From the IMG/VR virus record IMGVR_UViG_3300030029_000205: DNA of 24,281 bases; one strand, given 5' to 3'. Each line of letters opens with the position of its first letter. Position 1 is the first letter of the stretch. This document shows positions 1 through 9,482 of the stretch, piece by piece. The notes below the pieces were generated by a model. The model had not been told where the DNA came from, made no database searches, and was given only the letters and a program-made list of their open reading frames with translations. The translations under genes and the position numbers were made by a program. The stretch comes from a virus (lineage: Duplodnaviria > Heunggongvirae > Uroviricota > Caudoviricetes).

Positions 1-168
1 TTATAGTCAATACAATTAAATATATGAGTTTTAATTAGAAAGATTACTCTGTAAAAAGTAAAAATTGTCTTGAGCTTTCTTTAATTTACCGTTTGATTAT
101 ATTAAAGAAGGTGATGCCCATGGGTATTGGTATTAGAGATAGACCTAATAAATTCATTCGCTAATACT

Positions 169-193
169 TTGACATATAACTTTATGTTATAAA
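169..193 (+). promoter_or_regulatory. Possible sigma-A promoter/operator of the pilus operon
   Basis: TTGACA at 169-174 and TGnTATAAA at 185-193. The 13-nt spacing is non-canonical, so it would have to act as an extended -10. An inverted repeat TATAAC(175-180)/GTTATA(186-191) overlaps it. RBS AAGGAG lies at about 203-208. Confidence 0.3.
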
Positions 194-220
194 TATTTAG
201 TAAAGGAGAAAGTCAAGACA

Positions 221-3200
221 ATGAATAGTTTTAAGAAGGCTATTGCAGTTGTACTTTCGGCTGTAACGATGGCAACCACTTGGGTGGGAGCTATACCAGT
301 TTTTGCTGATGAAGTATCATCGGGAGAGATGGGTACTGTGTATGTTAAACTTACTGACAATGGTTCAGTTAAAGTTACTGCACAGGACGATGAAACCTCT
401 TATCGTTTAAAGGATAATGAGGTACAGTCAAAAGATAGCAACGGTGAGGTAGCCACAGTAAACTGTGATAATGCCGATTATGACTTTAAGGTAGAAAAGC
501 CGATTGGTACTACCTTAGATGTTAAGGCTGTTGCAGACCTTGGATATAAGGTATCAGAATATTCAACTACGACTGACAGTGGTGATGTTTCAGAGGAGGA
601 TTTATCCAATGAGATTTCAACAAAGACTGATTCAGTAGTAGTAAGTGAAAAACCTCAGTATGTTACAGTATCTTTTGATGCCTTAACAGTATCAATTGAT
701 AAAGATGAGGAACTTAATGATTTAGACTTTTCTACTTGTAGATTACTTGTAGATAGCTCAGTAGAAGATGTTCTTAATGATGTAAGTGTACTCTCTACAT
801 ACAACGGGGTATCACTTTTACAGTTCCTATCCGAGGATGCTACAAAGAGAGCTTATATAGCTTTATCTAAGGTAGCTGATTTTGTCAATGTAGATACCGC
901 TGATTTTGAGGTATCTGATATTGCAAATGTTGAAAAAGATGAGATGACAGAGGGTATTAACCCTATTGGCGAATTATCTGAAGCAGATATAGAGGAAGTA
1001 AGTCAGAGCAATGTTATTGCTGTAATCGATACAGGTTCATCTGAAAGAGATAATGTCATTGAGCGTGTTTCAATGCTTGGTGATGATGTATCAGATGATA
1101 ACGGTCACGGTGATGAGATGATTTCTAAAATCCTTTCTCAGGATAAAGATGCTAAGGTTATTTCCATCAAAGCTATGGACTCAAATGGTAGAGGTACAAC
1201 TTCTTCGGTATATGCAGGTTTGCAGTATGCTATTGAGAAGAAGGTAGACATTATTAATATGTCTTTTGTGGGTATTGCTAATGAGGACAACTCTTCAATT
1301 AAGGATTTAATTGAAACAGCTATTAATCAGGGTATCACAGTAGTAGGAGCAGCAGGTAATAACGGTACTGATGCTTCATACTTTATTCCAGGATGTGTAG
1401 AAGGTGCTTACATTATTGGTGCAGCAAATAGTGATGGTACTCGCTTAGAGTCCTCTAACTATGGTAAGACTGTAGACTATAATGTGGTAGCAGGTTCAAC
1501 ATCTGAAGCAAGTGCTTTATTCACAGGGTATCTTTCGAAGCATAAAGCGATTGACGATGTTAACTCTAATAATCTTATTTACAGTACAGATTATAAAGGT
1601 AAAGTTGAAGAGCCTACAGAGCCTGTTACAGAAACTGTAACACAGCCGACTACAGAACCTACAACAAAACCGTTAACAACTCAGCCATCAACAATTCAGC
1701 CGTCAACTGAACCAACTACACAGCCAACGACAGGTAGTGAGAGTGTTTCAGATATTAAATCTTTACCAGTAGATACCTCTAAAAAGGTAGTAATAAAGTA
1801 TTTATTTGTAGACAGCTCAGAGTTAAGTGGTAGTGAGAGCATTGACAGGGTAATGCTTGCAAACAATAATTCCTTATTGTATCAGTTAGAAGAATATGCT
1901 CCAGTATATAAAGCTAAAGATGGTACTTATAAAGTAATTGCAGATGCTCCATTTAGCAATGGTGCATCATCAAGTAAAGCTTTAGATGTTGATTTTGCAA
2001 AAGGTAATGTTAATGGTGAAGTAGTGACAAAAGGGGTATCGTATGATTATGATACCAATGTAGCTACAATTTCTGATGGTAATATGTCTATTAGCGACGG
2101 TGATTACGCTAATATGCAGGTTCAGGTTATGTTAGCTACTTCATTAGATACCTTATCTAAAGTAAATGTTACAGTAGAAACTGAGAAAGGTAAACTTCTT
2201 GACAAGCGTACAATTTCAGATAAGCCTTTTAATGGTTTAGCTTTAGATTTAGATACTTCTGTTTCTCTTTCTAAAGATGATTTGACTGTTTATGTAAACG
2301 GTGCTAAGTTTGATGAGTTTACTGTTGAAGATAACATTTTAAATGTTGATAAATACTTTGGTTTAGTATCTAACCTTAAAATTGTGGTAAACAAAAAGGT
2401 TAATTCTGAATTTAAGATATCTTCAAGAGATAGTTTTGGTAATGTTGTAGATGGTAGCTCTTATGATAATGATTTGTATTTAGCTGATGGTACTGATGTA
2501 TCTTGGCTCAAAACAGGTGCAACTACTGAAATTGGAGTAAAGATTGGCAACAGCGGTTTTTGGCAGGGAGAAGATGGTCTACCTGTTGATAAAAACCCTA
2601 TTGATGGTTCAGAAGAAACAGGTGTAGGTGGACAGAGCACGTTTATTGCTCAATTAGGTATAGCTACTTCTATAAAATTTAGTGGTCATACCTTAAATTT
2701 TCAGTTTTATAATATCAGTGGTAAATCTTATGGTGTTTGGAGTAATGTGGATCCAGGTCACGGTTCCTATAACCATGCTTTACCAGGAAACTGTTGGCAT
2801 ATAGGTACAGGTTGGTCTTTATCTGAAAATGATCCTGCTTTTAAATCTGCTACTCTAAAGGTTCTTTCCAAGGAAACTAATGAAGATGGTATTACCACTT
2901 TGGTATTTCGTATTGTAACCAAGAATGGTATGGCAGGCGGTGGAGCTGGTTTTAGCCAGGGTGTTGGTATCATTTTTACAATTAGAGTAAGAGACTCTAA
3001 GATTAAGCTCCAAATGGTAAAAGATAGCTCAGTAGCAGGTTTTAATACTCCTTACAGCAGAGCAGGTGCTAAATACTACATTTACACCAACCAGTCTTGT
3101 ACTACTCATTTCGAGATCGATAAGAAAGATGCTTACATTACTATTGATAGGGATGGTTATGGAAAACTGGGTAGTGGCTCAGGTGTAAACAATGACTCAA

Positions 3201-6200
3201 ATGATAAAGGTACACGATTCTGGGGTAAAGACTCAGGAGCTGATATTTCAAAAGGCACGTATTACGCTAAAGAAGTAGATGCTCCGACAAGTGGTAAGTA
3301 CACTTGTGGTTCTAAGTTCCAGAAAGATGGGTACTATAAGTTTGTGAGTGTAGGTAAAAAGGATAGTAAAAATAAACCTATTTATAGAGCCCATTACTTT
3401 AATAAAAAAGGTACAGATGTGGGTACTCCTGAGGATGACCCTTTAATTCTTCTTCAGTTAAAGAAAATGTCAGCAACACCTGAATTTACTAATGGTAATT
3501 CTTGTTACTCTTTACAGGGTGCTGTATATAACATTTATTGGACTAAAAAAGATGCAGAAAAGGGTATTAACGTCCACGGTACAATGACTACCGATAAAGA
3601 TGGTTATGCTACTTACTATGACTCCAATAGTGGTCATTTTGGTACTAACAACCATGATACAGATGCTGTTTATAAAGGTAAAGGCTCAGGTACTCCTGTA
3701 AGGGCAGCTCAGCGTGATACAAGCGAGTTCCAAGGTTGGTATATCAGAGAGGTAAAAGCACCAAAAGGCTATGCTCTTGATAAGACAGTATATCAGTTAT
3801 CTGATAGTAGTATTACTAACAGTAAAGGTTTAAAAATCTATAGACCTAACGGAAACTCAAATGGTATCAAAGATAAGCCATTGAACGACCCGTTTATGAT
3901 TAATATTCAAAAGCGTAACGCTGTCACAGGTGAAACTAAGAGACTTGAAAATGCAGTATTTAAACTTGAGTACTATGCGGAGTATTTAGATTTTACTAAA
4001 TATGGTAAGAATTTTCAGGTAGATACCTCAGATCCAAAAGCTGAAATTCCAAAGTTCACTGCAAGTAAGCCAACAAGAACTTGGTATATTAAGACAGATG
4101 ATAACGGTCATGCATCATTAAAAGGTGAGTATATACTTCATACATCTTCTTTTAATTCAGATGATGTTTACTATAATTTAGCAGGTAGTATTATAGTTCC
4201 TTTTGGTACTCTTAAAGTAACAGAGGTACAGGCTCCTGAGAAGTATGATATCACTCCAGTAGTTTATTACAGAACTCTTGATGATAACGGTGCAGACATT
4301 GTTGACCAAGTAGAACTCCCCGTAGATGAGACTCCAAAGGTAGAGATGGACACGGTAGCCTTAAATACTGATACAAAATCTCATAACGGTTTCACAAGTG
4401 CTAAGTCTTGTGTATCTGATACAATTACTTACAGTAAGTTAACAGGCGGTAAAGACTACACAATTAAGGGTATGCTCATCAAGAAGAGCGATGGTTCAAA
4501 AATCCCTCTCTTGAATGAAGACGGTACTATTCTTAAAGACTCAAAGGGTAATCAAGCCACTGAAAAAGTGGTAAATATGGTAGCTAAACCTAACGGATTA
4601 GGTCATCATACTATAAAGTATTATTTCAACTCTAATGGGTTAGAGAATGATTCAGTTGTAGCTTACGCATTCATTTATGACAAGGCAACAGGTGAATTAC
4701 TTGGTAGTCACGAAGATATTAACGATGCTGACCAGACAGTATCATTCAGAGGTAGAGAACTTAGTATGATTACAGTAGCTACTGATATTGCTACTGACAG
4801 TGCTATATCCTATATCCCAGATGACTTATGGGGTAATATTTCTGATAAGGTATCTTATGTAGGTTTAGACAAAAACCGTACTTATAGATTAAAAACAGAA
4901 ATCTATGAGATTGAAAACGGTAAAGTATCTAATACTCCTGTAGATATCCTTGTTTCGGGTATGACTTTTGCAAAAGCTATTTATACAACATTTCGACCAT
5001 CATCTGATAGTGGTACTGTTGAGGTATCAAACATCAGGTTCAGATTTCCAGAAGGAAGAGTAGATTTAACTAATCGTAAGTTTGTAGTCTATGAGACATT
5101 GACTTATGATGATGGTTCTTCTATTATGAAGGATGGTAAGGTTGACCCAGGTAGTATTCATAAAGACCCAAAAGATACTAACCAGATTGTAACTTACTCT
5201 GATTTACCTATAGATACAACTGCTAAGGTAGCAAATGCATCAGGTGATGGTAAAGTAGGTTATATTTCAGGTAGGTTGTCTCAGACTATGATTGAAGAGA
5301 CTGTTACCCTTGAAAACTTGAATGCTACTGATGAGTATCAGTTATCTCCATACTTAGTATTAAAGAGAACTGGTAAGGTTCTTGATAAAGCCAAAGTTTA
5401 CTTAGTAGACGCAAAAGGTAAAAAGACTCTTATCACAAAGAGTGCTGAAGGTGATACTTTCGTACCTAATGGTGGCGGTTGGAGCTATGACAACGGTAGA
5501 TTTAAGTTTACAGCTTTAGCTAAAACCCAGATGATTAAGCTTGCTTTTGATGTATCTGCTTATAAAGATACTCTTGTAGGTGAAGAGATAGTTGTATGTG
5601 AGGAAGTAGGCGGTACTCAGTTATTCGATGGTGATGAGTATTATTGTACCTACGGTGAACACAATGACTTAGATGATAAAGACCAGACAGTTAAATTCAT
5701 TAGTTCAACTGTTAAGACTAAAGCATCTATGGCGTCTATGAATACCAAGTACGCATATGCATTGGGTAATGATACTGTCAAAGATACAGTGTCTTTGACT
5801 GGCTTAATTAAAGGTCAGATATATTCATTACAGGGGTATTTAGTTGATAAAGCTACATCTCAGCGTATAAATTCTCAGTTTACAAACAAGAATTTTGTTG
5901 CTACAGCAGAGTCTATGGAAGTAGAAATGAATTTGGGTATTGATACTTCAGAGCTTGCAGGTAAAGATATTGTAGTTTATGAGAATTTATACCATCGAGG
6001 TAGTTTGATTGCATCCCACGAGGATGTAAATGATACAGACCAGACTGTAACAATTCTTAATCCTACAATTAAAACGAGTGCATCTTCTAATAAATATTCT
6101 GTTCATCGAGATAATGTTTTACTTGGATCATCATCTAATATATATGATACTGTTAGTATGACTGGCTTAATTCCAGGTAAGACATACACAATAGAAGGTC

Positions 6201-7816
6201 AGGTTATTGAGAAGAGTTCAGAAGAACCTGTAGCTTTAAAGAATACTTCAGCAAAAACAAACGGTATTAACTTAGATGTTACTTTATCTGAGAATAACTT
6301 GTCTGCTACAACAACATTTACAGCAGTTGGGGAAAGTCAGGATATAGTATTTCGCTATATTATTGATTCTACTTACTATGCAGGTAAATCTGTTGTAGTA
6401 GTCGAAGATTTGTACTATGGTGATGACCTTATTGTAACTCACCGTGATTTAACTGATACAGACCAGACCCTAACTTATAAGAGTGAAGGTTCTCTCAAAG
6501 TCACCAAGGTAGATTCTACCACAGGTAAAGTTGTTAAGGATTCAGCTACCTTTAATCTGTATAAGGTAAATGATGATGGTACAGAGACCTTAGTAAACAA
6601 TCATTTTTCTTCGATTGTAAGTCAACAGTTAGGTACTTATGTATATCGTTATGATGAATCATCTTCTTATTCTACAGATTTGTTAACTTACCCAGAAAGA
6701 CATCACGGTATGTTGGTAGATCCTAATGATGTTGGTACAATGTCTATTACAGGTTTACCAAGTGGTAAGTACAAGTTAAGAGAGATTAAAGCACCAGCAA
6801 ATTACATCATATCTAATCAAGAGGGTATTGATGTAGAGATTGTAAACGGTGAAGTTACTGAAGCTGTTGTAGAAAATGAACCTCGTAAAACATTTATGAC
6901 TTTTGTAAAAACAGATGATAATGCTAATCCTGATTCAGCCAAGGCTCTCTCAGGAGCAGGATTTACTGTTTATGCAGATAAGGAGTGTAGTACGGTGGCA
7001 CTTGATTTCTATGGTAACAAGATAAGTGAAGGTATTTCTGATGCAGATGGTAATGTATCTTTTGATAATATTCTGTATTACGAAAATAAAGATACTGTAC
7101 TGTATATCAAAGAAACTACAACTCCTGAAGGGTATGTACCTCTTAACTATACTATTAAAGCTGTAATTGATACTACTGGTGTTGTAAAGTATTATGCTTT
7201 ATCTGATTCAGGTGAAACAGAAATTACTGATACCATTCATAGAGTATTTGCAGGGGGTGCTTTGGAGTCTGATTATACAAGAATTATCAACCACAGAGGT
7301 TCAGTAATTCTTAATAAGAAGGATGAAAATGGTGATAACCTTGCAGGTTCTGAGTGGGAACTTCATAAGGTAACTAAGGCTGTAGCTGATGATGGTACTG
7401 TATCTTACACCAGTGATGAGGTAGTTTCAGTAGATGCTACTAAAACACAGGGCACTTACAGGGCAGAAGATTTACTGAAGGGTACTTCCGCATTAAAGAC
7501 CTCAGATGAAGGTACATTAAGTATCGGTAATTTACCTTTGGGTGATTACTATTTAGTAGAAACTAAGGCTCCTGCAAATAAGATGCCTTACGGAGATAAG
7601 ATTGAGTTCTCATTAACTGCTGATAAACCTGATATTGGTTTAACCGATGACGGTATTACAGTAATAGATAACAATCCTCTCTTACCTAAGACTGGTTCTT
7701 TCGGAGATATGGGTATCTATTGGATAGGCTTAGTTTCGTTGTTAATTTCGTTATCTATCTTTGCTCTTGCTTTTGCGAGAGCAAAGAAGATTAATATATT
7801 TTTAAAAAGGGGTTAA
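221..7816 (+). CDS. Giant LPXTG-anchored pilus tip adhesin with S8 subtilase domain, CnaB/SpaA isopeptide-type domains and five TQ (VaFE) ester-bond domains
   Basis: Signal peptide ends ...IPVFA. S8 motifs: VIDTG (D270), NGHG (H296), AAGN (N380), STSEA (S428). P/T-rich linker. Six domains have K...G/NAxF/Y...E(V/I/T)xAP E-box motifs and five repeats end in HxDxxDxxQ. LPKTG at 7682-7696 is followed by a TM helix and basic tail. First gene before a pilin and class C sortase. Confidence 0.9.
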   Translation: MNSFKKAIAVVLSAVTMATTWVGAIPVFADEVSSGEMGTVYVKLTDNGSVKVTAQDDETSYRLKDNEVQSKDSNGEVATVNCDNADYDFKVEKPIGTTLDVKAVADLGYKVSEYSTTTDSGDVSEEDLSNEISTKTDSVVVSEKPQYVTVSFDALTVSIDKDEELNDLDFSTCRLLVDSSVEDVLNDVSVLSTYNGVSLLQFLSEDATKRAYIALSKVADFVNVDTADFEVSDIANVEKDEMTEGINPIGELSEADIEEVSQSNVIAVIDTGSSERDNVIERVSMLGDDVSDDNGHGDEMISKILSQDKDAKVISIKAMDSNGRGTTSSVYAGLQYAIEKKVDIINMSFVGIANEDNSSIKDLIETAINQGITVVGAAGNNGTDASYFIPGCVEGAYIIGAANSDGTRLESSNYGKTVDYNVVAGSTSEASALFTGYLSKHKAIDDVNSNNLIYSTDYKGKVEEPTEPVTETVTQPTTEPTTKPLTTQPSTIQPSTEPTTQPTTGSESVSDIKSLPVDTSKKVVIKYLFVDSSELSGSESIDRVMLANNNSLLYQLEEYAPVYKAKDGTYKVIADAPFSNGASSSKALDVDFAKGNVNGEVVTKGVSYDYDTNVATISDGNMSISDGDYANMQVQVMLATSLDTLSKVNVTVETEKGKLLDKRTISDKPFNGLALDLDTSVSLSKDDLTVYVNGAKFDEFTVEDNILNVDKYFGLVSNLKIVVNKKVNSEFKISSRDSFGNVVDGSSYDNDLYLADGTDVSWLKTGATTEIGVKIGNSGFWQGEDGLPVDKNPIDGSEETGVGGQSTFIAQLGIATSIKFSGHTLNFQFYNISGKSYGVWSNVDPGHGSYNHALPGNCWHIGTGWSLSENDPAFKSATLKVLSKETNEDGITTLVFRIVTKNGMAGGGAGFSQGVGIIFTIRVRDSKIKLQMVKDSSVAGFNTPYSRAGAKYYIYTNQSCTTHFEIDKKDAYITIDRDGYGKLGSGSGVNNDSNDKGTRFWGKDSGADISKGTYYAKEVDAPTSGKYTCGSKFQKDGYYKFVSVGKKDSKNKPIYRAHYFNKKGTDVGTPEDDPLILLQLKKMSATPEFTNGNSCYSLQGAVYNIYWTKKDAEKGINVHGTMTTDKDGYATYYDSNSGHFGTNNHDTDAVYKGKGSGTPVRAAQRDTSEFQGWYIREVKAPKGYALDKTVYQLSDSSITNSKGLKIYRPNGNSNGIKDKPLNDPFMINIQKRNAVTGETKRLENAVFKLEYYAEYLDFTKYGKNFQVDTSDPKAEIPKFTASKPTRTWYIKTDDNGHASLKGEYILHTSSFNSDDVYYNLAGSIIVPFGTLKVTEVQAPEKYDITPVVYYRTLDDNGADIVDQVELPVDETPKVEMDTVALNTDTKSHNGFTSAKSCVSDTITYSKLTGGKDYTIKGMLIKKSDGSKIPLLNEDGTILKDSKGNQATEKVVNMVAKPNGLGHHTIKYYFNSNGLENDSVVAYAFIYDKATGELLGSHEDINDADQTVSFRGRELSMITVATDIATDSAISYIPDDLWGNISDKVSYVGLDKNRTYRLKTEIYEIENGKVSNTPVDILVSGMTFAKAIYTTFRPSSDSGTVEVSNIRFRFPEGRVDLTNRKFVVYETLTYDDGSSIMKDGKVDPGSIHKDPKDTNQIVTYSDLPIDTTAKVANASGDGKVGYISGRLSQTMIEETVTLENLNATDEYQLSPYLVLKRTGKVLDKAKVYLVDAKGKKTLITKSAEGDTFVPNGGGWSYDNGRFKFTALAKTQMIKLAFDVSAYKDTLVGEEIVVCEEVGGTQLFDGDEYYCTYGEHNDLDDKDQTVKFISSTVKTKASMASMNTKYAYALGNDTVKDTVSLTGLIKGQIYSLQGYLVDKATSQRINSQFTNKNFVATAESMEVEMNLGIDTSELAGKDIVVYENLYHRGSLIASHEDVNDTDQTVTILNPTIKTSASSNKYSVHRDNVLLGSSSNIYDTVSMTGLIPGKTYTIEGQVIEKSSEEPVALKNTSAKTNGINLDVTLSENNLSATTTFTAVGESQDIVFRYIIDSTYYAGKSVVVVEDLYYGDDLIVTHRDLTDTDQTLTYKSEGSLKVTKVDSTTGKVVKDSATFNLYKVNDDGTETLVNNHFSSIVSQQLGTYVYRYDESSSYSTDLLTYPERHHGMLVDPNDVGTMSITGLPSGKYKLREIKAPANYIISNQEGIDVEIVNGEVTEAVVENEPRKTFMTFVKTDDNANPDSAKALSGAGFTVYADKECSTVALDFYGNKISEGISDADGNVSFDNILYYENKDTVLYIKETTTPEGYVPLNYTIKAVIDTTGVVKYYALSDSGETEITDTIHRVFAGGALESDYTRIINHRGSVILNKKDENGDNLAGSEWELHKVTKAVADDGTVSYTSDEVVSVDATKTQGTYRAEDLLKGTSALKTSDEGTLSIGNLPLGDYYLVETKAPANKMPYGDKIEFSLTADKPDIGLTDDGITVIDNNPLLPKTGSFGDMGIYWIGLVSLLISLSIFALAFARAKKINIFLKRG
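1607..1735 (+). repeat. Low-complexity Pro/Thr/Glu/Gln linker repeats (EPTT/QPTT/QPST) in the adhesin
   Basis: Encodes EEPTEPVTETVTQPTTEPTTKPLTTQPSTIQPSTEPTTQPTTG, which separates the S8 domain from the rest of the protein. Confidence 0.85.
4340..6480 (+). repeat. Five tandem Thr-Gln ester-bond (TQ/VaFE) Ig-like repeats
   Basis: Each repeat starts with a xxTxA strand (MDTVA, MITVA, IDTTA, VKTKA, IKTSA), has a D/E-T/K-(V/I)-x-(Y/L/M)-xx-L segment, and ends with HEDINDADQ (4709), HKDPKDTNQ (5159), HNDLDDKDQ (5660), HEDVNDTDQ (6017) or HRDLTDTDQ (6440). Confidence 0.85.
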
Positions 7817-7822
7817 AAACCA

Positions 7823-9430
7823 ATGAGAAAAATGTCAATCGCAAAATTTACTATGGCGATGGTACTTGCTATGATGATGGTTATTACATCCTTAGTAGGA
7901 GTATCAGCAGCAACATCCAAGACTTTACTTGATTCGTCTAAGAAAGTAGAGTTTTCCGTAACCTGTGATAAAGTAGGTTACACATTCAATGTTTATAAGG
8001 TAGCTGATCTTGTATCAAATTCAGCAAGTCCTTATGAAACGAAGTATAATTCACTTGTATCTTCGGTTAGCAGCGCAGAAGTAACAAAGGATATCAAAGA
8101 TGGTAATTCAGTAGGCTTACTTGCAGCCTTAGATACTGATAAAATCGCAGATACCCTTAAGGTAGGTTCATTCGGACCGACATCTGCTACTAACACAACT
8201 GCTGAGTTCAGCAACCTTGATCAGGGTATTTACTATGTTAAGGCTGTTAACTACCCTGCAGGTGTAAAGGAAGTAAGAAACTCAATCTTTGCACTTCCTT
8301 ATTATCCATCAAACGAAAAGGGTTGGACATATGAAATTGATTCAATTCCGCTTGCAACTAAGGTAGTTGATGAAGACATTACTACAAAGAAGACAATTAC
8401 AAACTCAACTAAGGGTAATGAGAATTTCACTGATGTTTCATTAGGTGATACAGTAGATTTCGAAATTAAATCTACTGTAACTGGTGAAAAATCTCATGTA
8501 ATTACAACACCTGCTGGTGATAAGTACACAGTTGAAGATTTCAAACTCAACAGCTACTATGTAACTGATGATATGTCAAAAGGTTTAACACTTTCAAAGA
8601 ATTCATTCAAGGTAACACTTCAGGATGAAAACGGTAAGGTTGTAAAAACTCTTAGCGGTACAGGTGCTACTCCTGATTACACAGTAACTTATGAAACAGG
8701 TTTTGATGGTAGTGATATTACTAAGAACACTAAGTTCACAGTAGCATTATCAAAGGACTTCTTACAGAAGGATTTCTTCTATGAAGATAATGTATATTAC
8801 ACAAGTGTTACATATTCAGCTGTCCTGAATAAGGAAGCTGTTGTAGGACCAAAGGGTAACCCGAACACAGAGCCTAAAATCTCTTACTCAAATAAGAATG
8901 ATGTAGTTCAGGAGCACGAGGGTAATACAGTATATGTTTACACATATGCTATTACTTCAACAAAGAATGACCCTGATAACAAGCCGTTAGCAGGTGCTAC
9001 TTTTGAGCTTTATAAGACAAAGGCAGACGCTGAGGCTCAGAAGAATGCAATTGCTAAGGGTGTTTCAGATGCTCAGGGTAAGGTAGCTTATAAGAACTCT
9101 AAGAATGAAGTAATTCGTTTAACAAGCGGTACTTACTATGCAGTAGAGACAGTTGCTCCAGAAGGATACAACCTCTATGGTAAGGTAATTACAATTGACC
9201 TTTCAGCTACTTATAATGATACACTTACAGATGGCACATATGTAAAGACTTGCCAGGAAAATGGCACAGCAACATTTAGTGTTACAGATACTAAGCTTAT
9301 GACTCCTAAAACTGGTGGTTTTGGAGATACGAGTATGTATATAGGTGCAATTGCAGTAGGCTCAGTAGCAGTACTTGGTCTTGCAATCTATGGTATTGTT
9401 GCTATGAGAAAAAAGAAGAGAGAAAACTAA
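7823..9430 (+). CDS. Pilus backbone (major) pilin, SpaA/SpaH/EbpC-type with isopeptide D2 domain
   Basis: Signal peptide. Pilin-motif-like WTYEIDSIPLATK (K180). D2-like DVSLGDTVDFEI...VTDDMSKGLT...YSAVLN...GNPN. E-box YYAVETVAPEGY. TPKTG at 9302-9316, then TM helix and RKKKR. Directly upstream of the sortase. Confidence 0.9.
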   Translation: MRKMSIAKFTMAMVLAMMMVITSLVGVSAATSKTLLDSSKKVEFSVTCDKVGYTFNVYKVADLVSNSASPYETKYNSLVSSVSSAEVTKDIKDGNSVGLLAALDTDKIADTLKVGSFGPTSATNTTAEFSNLDQGIYYVKAVNYPAGVKEVRNSIFALPYYPSNEKGWTYEIDSIPLATKVVDEDITTKKTITNSTKGNENFTDVSLGDTVDFEIKSTVTGEKSHVITTPAGDKYTVEDFKLNSYYVTDDMSKGLTLSKNSFKVTLQDENGKVVKTLSGTGATPDYTVTYETGFDGSDITKNTKFTVALSKDFLQKDFFYEDNVYYTSVTYSAVLNKEAVVGPKGNPNTEPKISYSNKNDVVQEHEGNTVYVYTYAITSTKNDPDNKPLAGATFELYKTKADAEAQKNAIAKGVSDAQGKVAYKNSKNEVIRLTSGTYYAVETVAPEGYNLYGKVITIDLSATYNDTLTDGTYVKTCQENGTATFSVTDTKLMTPKTGGFGDTSMYIGAIAVGSVAVLGLAIYGIVAMRKKKREN

Positions 9431-9482
9431 TCTTTAGTGAATAGGGTATCTCAAATTGAATAACTAAGAGGTAGGGTACAGT

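Noticed and set aside
1..220. c-di-GMP or other known riboswitch upstream of the pilus genes
   Set aside because: I could not find the GEMM-I or c-di-GMP-II consensus elements. Only unassigned inverted repeats are present.
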